A DNA stretch of 60,539 nucleotides from positions 1 through 60,539 of IMG/VR virus record IMGVR_UViG_3300028048_000007; one strand, given 5' to 3'. The stretch's first letter is position 1. The number at the start of each line of letters is the position of its first letter. The notes beneath the pieces were generated by a model. That model had not been told where the DNA came from, ran no database searches, and saw nothing but the letters and a program-made list of their open reading frames with translations. This document shows positions 31,489-40,552 of this stretch, one piece after another. The position numbers and the translations under genes were made by a program. This stretch comes from a virus.

Positions 31489-33045
31489 TTAATTTACCTC
31501 TCTACATAATAAAGTGCTGTTATATTTCGTTACTCTACTTATGTATTCCTTTTTATCGAATGTAGCCGCACCACATTCTTTTAACTTTGATAACACACCA
31601 ATGTTTACTGCACTTCCTTTAAAGTGTGTTCTATCGTAGAAATTATCATATGAAGTAAATATACCGTTCTTCTTTCTTTCTTCTACAATTTGAAGTGCCG
31701 CTTTTTCACCGATACCTTTTATATCAGAAAGACCTTGTTGTAAACAATATTCTCCTTCAACCTTTCTTATTCTTGTTTTAACATCAGAATAATTTATATG
31801 AGGAAGAAATACAACGTTTCCTGCTTTTGCCGCTAACACGCAACACTTATAATAAGTATCGTCATTTGGTGCATACTTTAATTTACCAAACCAGAAATGC
31901 AACGGATAATGTACCTTGTAAAACATTTCCTCTACAGCAAGTAGTGCATAACCAACTGCATGACCTTTGTTAAAACCATACATGTCGGTTGCTGAACTAA
32001 ATATCTGCTCCGCTTCATCTCGTTTAAAACCATTTGACATAGCACCCTTTACAAATATGTCATGAAGTTCTTTCTTTGTCTGATTAAACTTCTCACGCTT
32101 CTCTGGTGACATTGCTTTTGAACCATCCATTTTCATAACCTTATCTGCATCTGTCCATTCCATACCACCAAGATAAACACATATCTGTTGTACTTGCTCT
32201 TGATAAATAATTGTTCCGTATGTTTCTTTTGTATAATCATAATACAATAATTCTTTTGCAGTTTCGATATTGCTCTTATTATCTGCGTACTGTTCGGGCA
32301 TGTGTGTTGATAATGCGGCAGGTCTATTCATTGCATTTGCGGCTACAACATCATTGAAGTCTGTACAGTTAATATCAACCAACATGTTTCTAACAGTTTT
32401 CTTATCAAACTGAAATACGCCTTGCGTATCTCCTTTATGAAATGCTTCAAGCACATCTTTATCTTCAATTGCTTTGTCATAGTCAACAGTTACACCTGTA
32501 AGTTCTCTTAACTCACCAATCTCTTCCATTGTTTGAAGTCCAAGAATGTCAAACTTGATAACTCCAATTGCTTCAATGTCATTCAAATCATAATTGGTGT
32601 AAACGTTTCCTTCTTTATCCATTTTCAAAGCTGTATAATCAAGTATATCTCCACCTGTTACAGCAACACCTGCGGCATGTGTACCAATATATCTTACTTT
32701 CTGATACAACTTACTAAAATGAATAAATATGTTATCATACTCTTTGTTATACATCTGAATCTCTTTGTCTTCCAACATTGCATCCAAATCCAAATTGGAA
32801 TCAGAATCAAGATATTTATTACAAAGTGATTTAATCTGTTTTATTGTTCTTTCATTACTTGCTTTCTGTTCACCATCAACAGTTTTATCAGTAGGCAATC
32901 CACAAACCTTTGCTAAATCATTTATAAGGTTGTCTACTTTATACAGACCATAAGAAACTATTCTTGCTGTATGTCCTTCATATTTATTTATGATATACTC
33001 GATTACTTCATGTCTTCTTGCTGTTTCAAAATCAAGGTCAATATC
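31489..33045 (-). CDS. dnaE: DNA polymerase III alpha subunit (DnaE-type), exon 2
   Basis: Begins DIDLDFETARRHEVIEYI.. (the catalytic Asp motif) and continues with ..GTHAAGVAV.., ..KFDILGLQT.. The ATG listed at 33046-33048 is interpreted as the last intron codon (ends in G). Confidence 0.8.
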   Translation of the reverse strand, partial: DIDLDFETARRHEVIEYIINKYEGHTARIVSYGLYKVDNLINDLAKVCGLPTDKTVDGEQKASNERTIKQIKSLCNKYLDSDSNLDLDAMLEDKEIQMYNKEYDNIFIHFSKLYQKVRYIGTHAAGVAVTGGDILDYTALKMDKEGNVYTNYDLNDIEAIGVIKFDILGLQTMEEIGELRELTGVTVDYDKAIEDKDVLEAFHKGDTQGVFQFDKKTVRNMLVDINCTDFNDVVAANAMNRPAALSTHMPEQYADNKSNIETAKELLYYDYTKETYGTIIYQEQVQQICVYLGGMEWTDADKVMKMDGSKAMSPEKREKFNQTKKELHDIFVKGAMSNGFKRDEAEQIFSSATDMYGFNKGHAVGYALLAVEEMFYKVHYPLHFWFGKLKYAPNDDTYYKCCVLAAKAGNVVFLPHINYSDVKTRIRKVEGEYCLQQGLSDIKGIGEKAALQIVEERKKNGIFTSYDNFYDRTHFKGSAVNIGVLSKLKECGAATFDKKEYISRVTKYNSTLLCREVN

Positions 33046-33820
33046 CATTCATACCCTCGGTTTCCCGATATTTATTAGGGGATTAGACTATCTCTTACAG
33101 AATCAAATTCTGTTGTGGCACTTCCGCTGTGTGCTTATCTCACAGCGTACTTCCTTACGGAATAGTCGTTACATTTTTCGCAATTCAACTTCTTTGTTTT
33201 TGTAATGTTTAACAAGCATAGAATAACTACAACCATATTTCTTTGAAGCATACTTACTTGCATCTGTTACGCTCCAAAAAGAATTAATAAATTCACCTTT
33301 GTAATACAAATCAATAACATTATAATTTCTAAAAGGTGTATCTTTTCTTCGTTCATAACCTTTATTAATGTTATCTTTTTGTGTTACCCAACGGAGATTT
33401 TTATAATAGTTATTCTCTTTATTTCCGTCAATGTGGTCAACAACAAGTTCTTCTTCATAGCCTTCACAAAACAACATAGCAACCGCCCTGTGAATTGCAA
33501 TTCTTTTCACTACACCTTCATCAGAACACTTAATATACAAATATCCTTGGTTACTTTTGTAAGGTGTCAAATTTCTTCCTGTTTTCTTGTTGTAAACATC
33601 ACCACATTCATTAACGCAAATGTTTTTAAAATTTGGAATTACCTTAAACATACAAAAACTCCTTGCGACTTAACTCGGTATTACCAACTATCCATTTCTG
33701 GACTTTAGGTTTTCTTACGAAGCGTATTCGTGCATATAGCCTTATTTAACTTCTACCGATAGCATAGCATTACGCTACACACCTGTTAGCACAGTTCACC
33801 ACATACGCCCAATATTGTTT
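33046..33820 (-). mobile_element. Group I intron (775 nt) in dnaE carrying an HNH homing-endonuclease ORF
   Basis: Exon 1 ends ..FRRFLRKDKKKLP (last nt U) and exon 2 starts DIDLDF; joined they parallel E. coli FERFLNPERVSMPDFDVDF. Intron ends in G. GGGCG at intron nt 12-16 can pair with exon UGCCU (U.G at the splice site). GUAA-tetraloop hairpins in both non-coding flanks. Confidence 0.75.
33169..33651 (-). CDS. HNH homing endonuclease (HNH_3 type), intron-encoded
   Basis: ..HRAVAMLF..VVDHIDGNKENNYYKNLRWVTQKDNINKG.. Confidence 0.85.
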   Translation of the reverse strand: MFKVIPNFKNICVNECGDVYNKKTGRNLTPYKSNQGYLYIKCSDEGVVKRIAIHRAVAMLFCEGYEEELVVDHIDGNKENNYYKNLRWVTQKDNINKGYERRKDTPFRNYNVIDLYYKGEFINSFWSVTDASKYASKKYGCSYSMLVKHYKNKEVELRKM

Positions 33821-35002
33821 AGGCAACTTCTTCTTATCTTTTCTTAAGAATCTACGGAAGTCCATACCGAACATTAAACTGTCTATTTCGGTTATTCCCA
33901 ACGCATAAGCAACAAGACAGTTACAACAACTACCTCTGCCAGGACCAACTGTAATTCCCTGTTCCTTTGCCCAGTTTACGTAGTCTGCAACAATAAGGAA
34001 GTAATCATGAAAACCAAGGGTTTCAATTACATCATATTCCTGTTTAATACGGTCTATATATTCTTTCTTCCACTTACCTCTTCTTTCAAGACCTTCTTTT
34101 ATCTGTTTCTTTAATAGTGACTTACTATCCTTTGAATACTTGGGTAAGATTTCTTCAAAGTCAGCAAACATATCATCAACACATTTATCTTCAATCTCTT
34201 TTAAGTTTCTGATACATTGTTTACCGAATTTCTTGCACATCTCTTCTGTCTTAAAATCAACAGAGTGCATGTTAACAAATCGTGTGTAAAGTTCTTTGTC
34301 TGTAGGCATATATCTTTCTTTATATGTCCTTGCAATTTCATCTACATCATGATTTGCTATTTCGTGCATCTTTAAATAAGATTCAAAATCATCTTTCCTA
34401 CCTCTATGAGAATCAGAAGTAAGAATACATTTAATACCAAGTTCTCTTGACAATTCAATCAGAGTTTTATTTACAAGTTGCTGTAAACCTTTTTCAGAAA
34501 CTTTATAAGGCTGTAATTCTATATAAAAGTCATCAGCAAAAATGCTTTTCATTTTCTTTAAATATTTTCTTGCTTTATCTATGTCACCCTTAACAATACA
34601 TTGTGAACTGTAAGAAGCAACACAAGCAGAAGTAACAATCAAACCCTCATGGAACTTTTCTAACAACTCAAATGTCCAAATAGGATTGTAATACTTCTGT
34701 TTTTCTCCCTCTGTCTGTAAAGCATTTAAGTTGTGATAGCCTTTTGGATTCTTTGCAAACACACACAAATGATAACCTCTGTGCTGTTCAATATATTTTG
34801 GTAAGAAATAACCTTCAACTCCCAATATTGGTTTTATTCCAACTTCCATACATGCTTTGTAATGCTGTACCAAGTTGTTTGTATTTCCGTGGTCGGATAT
34901 ACCTAAAGCGGTATGACCTAACTCTTTTGCTAATTTTGCCAACTCTTTAGGTTTACCAAAACCATCATACGTACTACATTCTGTATGTCGGTGTAAATCC
35001 AT
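33821..35002 (-). CDS. dnaE: DNA polymerase III alpha subunit (DnaE-type), exon 1 (PHP domain and start of the palm)
   Basis: MDLHRHTECSTYDGFG..LGISDHGN..GVEGYF.. PHP motifs. The 16 codons after ..KKKLP in the ORF track are read as intron. Confidence 0.8.
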
Positions 35003-35176
35003 TTATCTAACCCTCTTTGTAAGCATATTTGATAACTGTTTTCTGCAAGCAGGACAAAGTATAACACGTAACGTATTATCTTCATTCCTACCAAAATCTA
35101 CATTGTACAAATCATTTTTAGCTTTACAACATCTGCAACTCGTTACATCATCTTCGTTCTTTGTTATCTTAATCAT
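35003..35176 (-). CDS. Small zinc-ribbon protein (57 aa)
   Basis: Hand translation MIKITKNEDDVTSCRCCKAKND..LCPACRKQL..; fills the gap exactly between the two neighbouring genes. Confidence 0.5.
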   Translation of the reverse strand: MIKITKNEDDVTSCRCCKAKNDLYNVDFGRNEDNTLRVILCPACRKQLSNMLTKRVR

Positions 35177-35177
35177 A

Positions 35178-35900
35178 CTATACTCCTAAATCTAAATCCA
35201 ACGCTCTTATTTCGGATATTTTGATTAAACCAAACTTAAGTTGTTGCATTGTTCTTACTGTTTGATATTTAGATAACTGACTTTTATCTTTAAACAAAGT
35301 GTTTCTGATTGAACAACAATCTTTTATAAATGGATGTGAGTTATCTAACTCTTCCAAACCTGTATCATAAAAATCTAACAAGCCATTTACAAAATAAGAA
35401 CAAACCGTTCCTTCTCCGATATGAATTGTTATTTCTTTTACTTTACAACAATCTGGAAGTTTTCTTAAGAACACGGCAATGAAAACCATATACACTGCTA
35501 ACATTCTTTGTAGTTCAACCTGCTTCATAAACACTACGCATTTACTCCACTTCTGTCTTTTATCATGTCTTGTAAGCATTACCGATAAAAGTGGTACAGA
35601 CTCATCATCTGTAAATGTATATAAACAAGTATCATACTTGGTTTCTTTCAACTTATTATAGAACTGCTTCAATTTCTTTTTATCAACACAGGATTTGGTT
35701 ACAAGAGTCCATTTATATCTCCTGTAACCAAACTCACCTATGTCTATACTACAATCCGTACTTTGAATGGTTAAAATCAAATCCTCAATAAAAGCTGTAT
35801 GTGAAGCAGTATAATCAATCATATCATATGGTTTATACAAAACTTCTCTACCTATGTTGTAGAGTGCTTCATCAAAGTTTTTATATTTTCTGCTTTTCAT
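35178..35900 (-). CDS. Hypothetical protein (240 aa)
   Basis: ORF track; no motif I can name with confidence. Confidence 0.65.
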   Translation of the reverse strand: MKSRKYKNFDEALYNIGREVLYKPYDMIDYTASHTAFIEDLILTIQSTDCSIDIGEFGYRRYKWTLVTKSCVDKKKLKQFYNKLKETKYDTCLYTFTDDESVPLLSVMLTRHDKRQKWSKCVVFMKQVELQRMLAVYMVFIAVFLRKLPDCCKVKEITIHIGEGTVCSYFVNGLLDFYDTGLEELDNSHPFIKDCCSIRNTLFKDKSQLSKYQTVRTMQQLKFGLIKISEIRALDLDLGV

Positions 35901-35913
35901 TGAGTTATATTAA

Positions 35914-36909
35914 TTACTCCCAATCATCATCCTCTTCGTCATCATCTTCATCTTCCCAATCATCATGAGCCTTGTCATTTTCTTTAAGAAGATTGATATA
36001 ATACTTTTCTGACTTCTTGGGTTGTGCTTCTATATCTCTTTCCTTGCAAAGTTTATACAATTCCTTTGCAGACATTGAAGAATAATCTACCTCATCATCT
36101 TCTTCTCCATCTTCCCAATCATCATTGTCATCATCACTGCTGTTCTCTTCGTCATACTCTTTCAACAGTTCAATGTAATAATCCTTGGGATTCTTGGGTT
36201 CTGCTTCAATCTCTCTCTCTTCACAAAGTTTGTAAAGTTCCTTTGCAGACATTTCGTTGTAGTCAACATCTGTATCAACTTCTCCCCAAGGAAGTTCCTT
36301 TTCAGCAGACTTCTTTTTGGTTGAAGATGACTTCTTCTTCATCTTGGGGGAATCATCTTCATCCTCATCATCATCTCCACCAAGAAGATGTGAATGTTCA
36401 TCGGGATATGCCTTATCAAGAAGTTCAAGAAATGCTTTCTTTGAAAAAGGCTTTGCTTTTGCGTTCTTAAAACTATTCTTATCCATAGGCATAGCAGACA
36501 TTGTTTTATCCTTCTGCTTTCCTTGGCAACTGATAACATAATCTCTATCGGTAATTGTTCCGTAAGTTTCATATGCGGCAGTAATTGCTCCAAGAGGTGA
36601 ACAGTTATTCATGGCATACATGAAAATCTTAACTTCTTTTGCTTCATAATCCCAAACAGACCAAGCATAAAGAGTTCTTGTTCTCAAACCTTCCTCATCA
36701 CAATAAGGGCAACTCTTACCGAACATCTCTCTACAAGGAACATTGATGTTTGCTTCAAAGTTGTCGTGGAAAACAACTTCAATTCCATCATCCAAATCCT
36801 GTAAAAATCTTACTCTTCTTTTCTCTCCGTCCTTACAGAAGAAGAACTTTGTTTTACTGCCACCTGTTTTCTGTGCATCCTGTTTAATTTTGTCTAACAA
36901 ACCTGCCAT
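35914..36909 (-). CDS. Putative single-stranded DNA-binding protein (Zn-finger OB-type) with two C-terminal HeH/SAP-like repeats and an acidic tail ..EEDDDWE
   Basis: ..VPCREMFGKSCPYCDEEG.., position among replication genes, acidic C-terminus. Tandem DY(N/S)xMSAKELYKLC(E/K)ER(E/D)IEA(E/Q)PK..YYI(E/N)LLKE repeats. Confidence 0.5.
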   Translation of the reverse strand: MAGLLDKIKQDAQKTGGSKTKFFFCKDGEKRRVRFLQDLDDGIEVVFHDNFEANINVPCREMFGKSCPYCDEEGLRTRTLYAWSVWDYEAKEVKIFMYAMNNCSPLGAITAAYETYGTITDRDYVISCQGKQKDKTMSAMPMDKNSFKNAKAKPFSKKAFLELLDKAYPDEHSHLLGGDDDEDEDDSPKMKKKSSSTKKKSAEKELPWGEVDTDVDYNEMSAKELYKLCEEREIEAEPKNPKDYYIELLKEYDEENSSDDDNDDWEDGEEDDEVDYSSMSAKELYKLCKERDIEAQPKKSEKYYINLLKENDKAHDDWEDEDDDEEDDDWE

Positions 36910-36930
36910 TTTAAATACTTCCTTTCTATT

Positions 36931-37143
36931 TTAGTTCTCGGAAAATTCTTTCCAATGATTTGCAAAATAGCTACGATGATGTTTAATGGGTTTATTCAAC
37001 TTGGTTTCTCTCGGTGAACGAGGTTTCCAATCCTCTTTACATGCACCACAGATACCAGTTTTCTTCATCTTTACTCTTGCTACATGTCTGTCAATACTTC
37101 TTACGTGGATTCTTTCGCTCTGACACTTTACTTTCTTTTTCAT
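36931..37143 (-). CDS. Small basic protein (70 aa)
   Basis: ORF track; overlaps the primase 3' end by 53 nt. Confidence 0.5.
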   Translation of the reverse strand: MKKKVKCQSERIHVRSIDRHVARVKMKKTGICGACKEDWKPRSPRETKLNKPIKHHRSYFANHWKEFSEN

Positions 37144-38140
37144 ACATTTTCTCCTTTAGTAGTTTTATTGTTTTGTCGTACATTTTGAAGAACATACCTT
37201 TATTTGTTTCTCCGCAATCTTTAATACCTTTTAAGTATTGCCAACGAACAACTCTATCTTCACCGAATACGGTCTTAAGATATTCTGTTCCTTTTCTACC
37301 ACAGGTATCATTATCCAAAGCAGAGATAACATACTTAACATTTGCATCACGCAGTTTCTTTTGTTGTTCTTGTGACATTTTCCAACCAAGGATTGCACAC
37401 ACACCTTTTTCTACACCAAACTGAACAAACTTAAGTCTATCCATGTAGCCTTCAACAATTATTACATACTTACAACCTGCATAATCCCCAACCAAAGTTG
37501 TTCTACGCATAAACCCACCATTGTAAAGATACTTTCTTTTCTTTTCAATATCGGGATTATTTGTTCTGCATACCCAACCTTTAAATTTACCGTTATCCAA
37601 CATGGGGAATATAATGGGATATGATTTGTTGAATGTAACTCTTGCACCACATTTATTTAATGTGTTTGGTGTAAAACCTCGTTTAAGCATATACGCTTTT
37701 GAATCATTGACTTCCTCTAAATCAGAAGTTTTCCAATCAATCTTGCTCAAACCGTAAAAATAATCATAAGCCATGTTATACAGTTCTTCGCTTTCTTTCT
37801 TGGTTTTCATTTTCGTATTTACTTTTAATCTTTCAACTTTATCTGATTTGAGAATTTCAAAGAATTTTTTAAGAACTTTTAGACCTGTATTTCCTTTTTT
37901 CTGTTCTACGCTTTCTACAAAATCATATGCGTTCCCAGATTTATTACATCCGAAACAGAAGAATTTACCATCGTGAAGATTGACTATCATGGATGGGTTA
38001 TAATCTTCATGAAACGGACACACAATCTTTTGTTCAACTTCGTTTACATCTGATATTAACCCATAATAAAAAAGAACTTTACCAAGTTCTTCTCCACCAA
38101 CTTCAAACTTATATGGTTTTCCTACCTCTGGTTTATTCAT
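37091..38140 (-). CDS. DnaG-type DNA primase (CHC2 zinc finger + Toprim)
   Basis: CPFHEDYNPSMIVNLHDGKFFCFGCNKSG; Toprim ..VIIVEGYMD.. and ..SALDNDTCGRKG.. Confidence 0.85.
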   Translation of the reverse strand: MNKPEVGKPYKFEVGGEELGKVLFYYGLISDVNEVEQKIVCPFHEDYNPSMIVNLHDGKFFCFGCNKSGNAYDFVESVEQKKGNTGLKVLKKFFEILKSDKVERLKVNTKMKTKKESEELYNMAYDYFYGLSKIDWKTSDLEEVNDSKAYMLKRGFTPNTLNKCGARVTFNKSYPIIFPMLDNGKFKGWVCRTNNPDIEKKRKYLYNGGFMRRTTLVGDYAGCKYVIIVEGYMDRLKFVQFGVEKGVCAILGWKMSQEQQKKLRDANVKYVISALDNDTCGRKGTEYLKTVFGEDRVVRWQYLKGIKDCGETNKGMFFKMYDKTIKLLKEKMYEKESKVSERKNPRKKY

Positions 38141-38693
38141 CTTCCTCTATTTCGCTTTCACTTGGTAACAGATAACCTTGGCTGTCCTTCATTGTATAAC
38201 AACCTTCAATATCGTCCATTGTTATTTCACCGATTTCAGACAACTCATTTATCTTTTTACCAATAACTTTTTTCTCTACCGAAAGAAACGGTTGTATGTC
38301 TTTAAACTTTATACCATTATCTTTCAATAACTTTTTAAATTCAGAAACATTAGATACAACTACTTTTGTTTCTATTATTTGTGACAGCAAATCATCAGAA
38401 TTATCCTTTGTTGCTTTTATTTTGTTGATTAACCTATCAACATCCCACACCATCGTTTTAGGCTTCACGCCAACTATTTTATACACTTTCCCCTTATAGG
38501 GGAATTGCAAGCCTTTATCCCCAGACTTGTTGAAATAAGTCTGTAGTTTGGCTTGCAATTCTGCATATCTTTGTTTTGCTTCTTGCTCCGCTAACCTTGC
38601 TTTAAATATGTCTAAACACAAAGTACGGAGTTTTGAATCTCTTTGACTACTCTGTTTCAGAGTCCTCACTTCCGATTGTTCCGCATTTTCCAT
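38133..38693 (-). CDS. Hypothetical protein (186 aa), coiled-coil N-terminus
   Basis: ORF track; overlaps the upstream gene by 47 nt, so the start is uncertain. Confidence 0.6.
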   Translation of the reverse strand: MENAEQSEVRTLKQSSQRDSKLRTLCLDIFKARLAEQEAKQRYAELQAKLQTYFNKSGDKGLQFPYKGKVYKIVGVKPKTMVWDVDRLINKIKATKDNSDDLLSQIIETKVVVSNVSEFKKLLKDNGIKFKDIQPFLSVEKKVIGKKINELSEIGEITMDDIEGCYTMKDSQGYLLPSESEIEEDE

Positions 38694-39369
38694 TAGGGTC
38701 GTAACCTTTCAGTATTCTATACACTCCATACGCCCACTTCTTTCCCTTCTTAACCCACAGGATTCTGCTGTAGGGAACAACAAACTCCCAATCATATTCT
38801 GTCATCAGCTTTACTACCTGTCTTGAAGAACTACGGTTAACTAAAGCGGCTGTTCTGGGTTTACCGTTCTCATCGAGGAAAGCAAAAAGAGTTCCTTCTT
38901 CTGCTTCTTCGATGTATCTACTCTTATCCTTGGTATGAATGAAAGAGTTAGGGTCAACTCCACCATACATAGACCAATTTTCATCATACTGTTCATTTCT
39001 TTCGTCTACATGAACTTTATTACCACTCAATCTATTAACAGCAGAGTTAAGATTTCTTGCCTTATTTTTAATAAGGGAGTCAATCTCACCTCTTACCTTA
39101 AGCAAATCTTCAATGGATGTATTCTCACTGATTTCAAGTGACACTTCGTTGCCCTGTTCAACAACTTCCTCAACCTCTTCGGTTTCATTGTTACTCTCAA
39201 CCTCTTCGGTTTCAGTTTCGTTCTTGTCATCAAAGTCATACAGTGCGTTAACCATTTCCTCTTTAGTAAAGGTATGCTTTACGCCATCCTTGGTTACGTT
39301 GTAAGAAATTCCTCTTTCCTTACAAATGTTACGAAGTTCCTTTGAAGTCATCTCATTGTAGTTAGCCAT
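38647..39369 (-). CDS. Hypothetical protein with an N-terminal HeH/SAP-like motif (240 aa); first gene of the early operon
   Basis: MANYNEMTSKELRNICKERGISY..; acidic linker; unassigned C-terminal domain. Confidence 0.7.
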   Translation of the reverse strand: MANYNEMTSKELRNICKERGISYNVTKDGVKHTFTKEEMVNALYDFDDKNETETEEVESNNETEEVEEVVEQGNEVSLEISENTSIEDLLKVRGEIDSLIKNKARNLNSAVNRLSGNKVHVDERNEQYDENWSMYGGVDPNSFIHTKDKSRYIEEAEEGTLFAFLDENGKPRTAALVNRSSSRQVVKLMTEYDWEFVVPYSRILWVKKGKKWAYGVYRILKGYDPNGKCGTIGSEDSETE

Positions 39370-39579
39370 TTTTTTTACTCCTTTTAAATAAATTGTTTAC
39401 ATTGTTTTTAGATTAATCCCCACAGCACCGTCATGGCACTGTGGAGCAATCTCTATATGAAGTTGTGAACACAATACCGAAACTCACATATATCTTACAC
39501 TGATTTTAACTCATTTCGTTTACACCTAAAAAGGTGCTTATTTACGATATTCTTGGTCGGTTATTTGTGCTATGAGAAT

Positions 39580-39608
39580 ATTCTATCCCTTTAACTTTTG
39601 TTTGTCAA
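39580..39608 (-). promoter_or_regulatory. Sigma-A-type promoter (-35 TTGACA, 17 nt, -10 TAGAAT) starting the replication-module operon; ~200-nt leader
   Basis: Reverse complement reads TTGACAaacaaaagttaaagggaTAGAAT, preceded by AAAAATATTTTGAAAATA. Confidence 0.7.
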
Positions 39609-39637
39609 CATATTTTCAAAATATTTTTAACAAATTT

Positions 39638-39964
39638 CTAAACCCCTGTATTCATGCGGTTTTCTGTAGATTTGCTTTCCAAAAGTTTATTTAAAGCATC
39701 CGATAAATCAAATAAAAATGTATCTACAAAACCACACAGCATTTCTTCTATTTCTACAGATAAATCATATCCATAAGAAAATAACCACACATGTGTAAGT
39801 TCATGCAATAAAACCTTCTTAAGTAAATCTCCTTGCAAACTGTTGTGAATATAAACAGTATGTGTATTCCTGTCAGTTATTCCCAAACGCACTGTACCGT
39901 TTAATTCTAAATCATGTGGATTATCGGTAAAAACTATTCTCCATTTTATACCATTTACTGTCAT
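39638..39964 (-). CDS. Small HExxH zinc-metallopeptidase-like protein (SprT/ImmA-like)
   Basis: ..LLKKVLLHELTHVWLFSYGY..EIEEMLCGF.. Confidence 0.55.
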   Translation of the reverse strand: MTVNGIKWRIVFTDNPHDLELNGTVRLGITDRNTHTVYIHNSLQGDLLKKVLLHELTHVWLFSYGYDLSVEIEEMLCGFVDTFLFDLSDALNKLLESKSTENRMNTGV

Positions 39965-40000
39965 AATAAAATAGGGAGCATAAACTGCTCCCTACCTCCG

Positions 40001-40552
40001 TTACATATTAGTTATCTGTGTTAATTTTGCTTTCCACATCTGTTTTTCTTCTGGTGACATATCCTGTATCATTTCTTTTGCCATATCATACAAATCATCC
40101 ATATAGTCATTCAGAAGTTGTTTTCTATGCTTTGCACTTTCGGGGTCTGTCATAGGATATTCAGAACGTTTCTGTACATATTCATCGTGAGAAAAGCCGT
40201 AACGTGATTCATTTCTGTTACTATACATATCTCTTGTCATGTCTTCGGGTCTATGTGCATATGTATTGTAACTCATACGACCATTTCTGCTACCAGACAT
40301 ATACCTTCCTCTGCTATCTCTACGAACAGGGTAACCCATATCTTCATAATAAGTTTCATCTGCGTTATGTTCGTGCATTGCATTTACAACACTATCATAG
40401 TATTTCTTTTCTGCTTTCAGTTTTTCAATTTCATAAGAGTCTTTAATCATATCAACAACTTCACCCATTTCTTTTGCGTTGACTTTATCAAGACCTTCTT
40501 CCATCTTTTCCGAAACACAGAGTTCAAGTTTTTCTGCAAATAAGTTAGCCAT
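40001..40552 (-). CDS. Hypothetical protein (183 aa), Arg/Tyr/Met-rich middle region
   Basis: ORF track; start set to MANLFAEK (9 nt after GGAGG). Confidence 0.65.
   Translation of the reverse strand: MANLFAEKLELCVSEKMEEGLDKVNAKEMGEVVDMIKDSYEIEKLKAEKKYYDSVVNAMHEHNADETYYEDMGYPVRRDSRGRYMSGSRNGRMSYNTYAHRPEDMTRDMYSNRNESRYGFSHDEYVQKRSEYPMTDPESAKHRKQLLNDYMDDLYDMAKEMIQDMSPEEKQMWKAKLTQITNM

Noticed and set aside
33046-33820. Intein, or a split two-subunit DnaE
   Set aside because: The insert has stop codons in the dnaE frame (exon 1 reads on only 16 codons). It has a separately initiated HNH ORF and RNA-structure hallmarks (U|..G boundaries, a P1 pairing, GNRA hairpins). An intein would be one continuous in-frame ORF.
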